In this document: positions 64,000-64,000 of the stretch, piece by piece
How the letters are laid out: the number at the start of each line of letters is the position of its first letter
Position numbering within the stretch: the stretch's first letter is position 1
Assembly (NCBI GenBank): GCA_020348445.1
Contig: CP070751.1
Location: forward strand, 516,594-580,593
Origin: Thermoplasmata archaeon
GTDB lineage: Archaea > Thermoplasmatota > Thermoplasmata > GCA-020350865
Direction: 5' to 3'
Length of the DNA stretch: 64,000 bases
Made by a program: the position numbers and the translations under genes
The notes under the pieces: generated by a model
Seen by the model: only the letters and a program-made list of their open reading frames with translations
Told to the model about the DNA's origin: nothing
The model's database searches: none

Positions 64000-64000
64000 C

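Noticed and set aside
1-64000. tRNA, rRNA, CRISPR arrays, transposases/integrases and inteins
   Set aside because: No T-loop GTTCRAATC motif in a cloverleaf context (the GTTCGAATCC at ~40144 lies inside a CDS). No regularly spaced 25-40-nt direct repeats. No DDE or tyrosine-recombinase motifs. TopA has normal length.

Overview
This is a gene-dense chromosomal segment from an archaeon, most likely an uncultivated Thermoplasmatota/Thermoplasmata lineage. Evidence: Alba, eS17, uS15-DHH, the rpoK-eno-rps2-MEMO1 order, a two-unit tRNA splicing endonuclease, an AGT-EndoV fusion, archaeal TATA boxes and GGTGA/GGAGG ribosome-binding sites. It mixes housekeeping genes (topA, fumarate hydratase alpha/beta, folP, folC, hutU, a tRNA methylthiotransferase) with many large secreted or surface proteins (beta-helix/Ig, tandem CAP-CARDB paralogs, an 1839-aa membrane-anchored S8 protease, a ~550-aa pilin-like protein, a PKD mosaic). 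I found no tRNA, rRNA, CRISPR array or transposase. The most striking item is a 2171-aa cytoplasmic protein (37697-44212). It has three 505-aa modules with an exact 1515-nt period, each made of helical repeats, an Ig-like domain and a longin-like domain, and it ends in a region resembling the non-catalytic C-terminus of type-2 IleRS. The same window carries two Rab-like small GTPases bracketing a TMEM198/DUF4203-like membrane protein and two CAP proteins, plus a ribosomal protein eL13 gene. Together these suggest a possible eukaryote-like small-GTPase/longin signalling module in a non-Asgard archaeon; the functional link is inference only. Three real genes are missing from the ORF track: the partial surface protein at the left edge, rpoK (57 aa) and a 44-aa CPxCG zinc-ribbon microprotein. 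All family assignments come from motif recognition by eye; no database searches were run.
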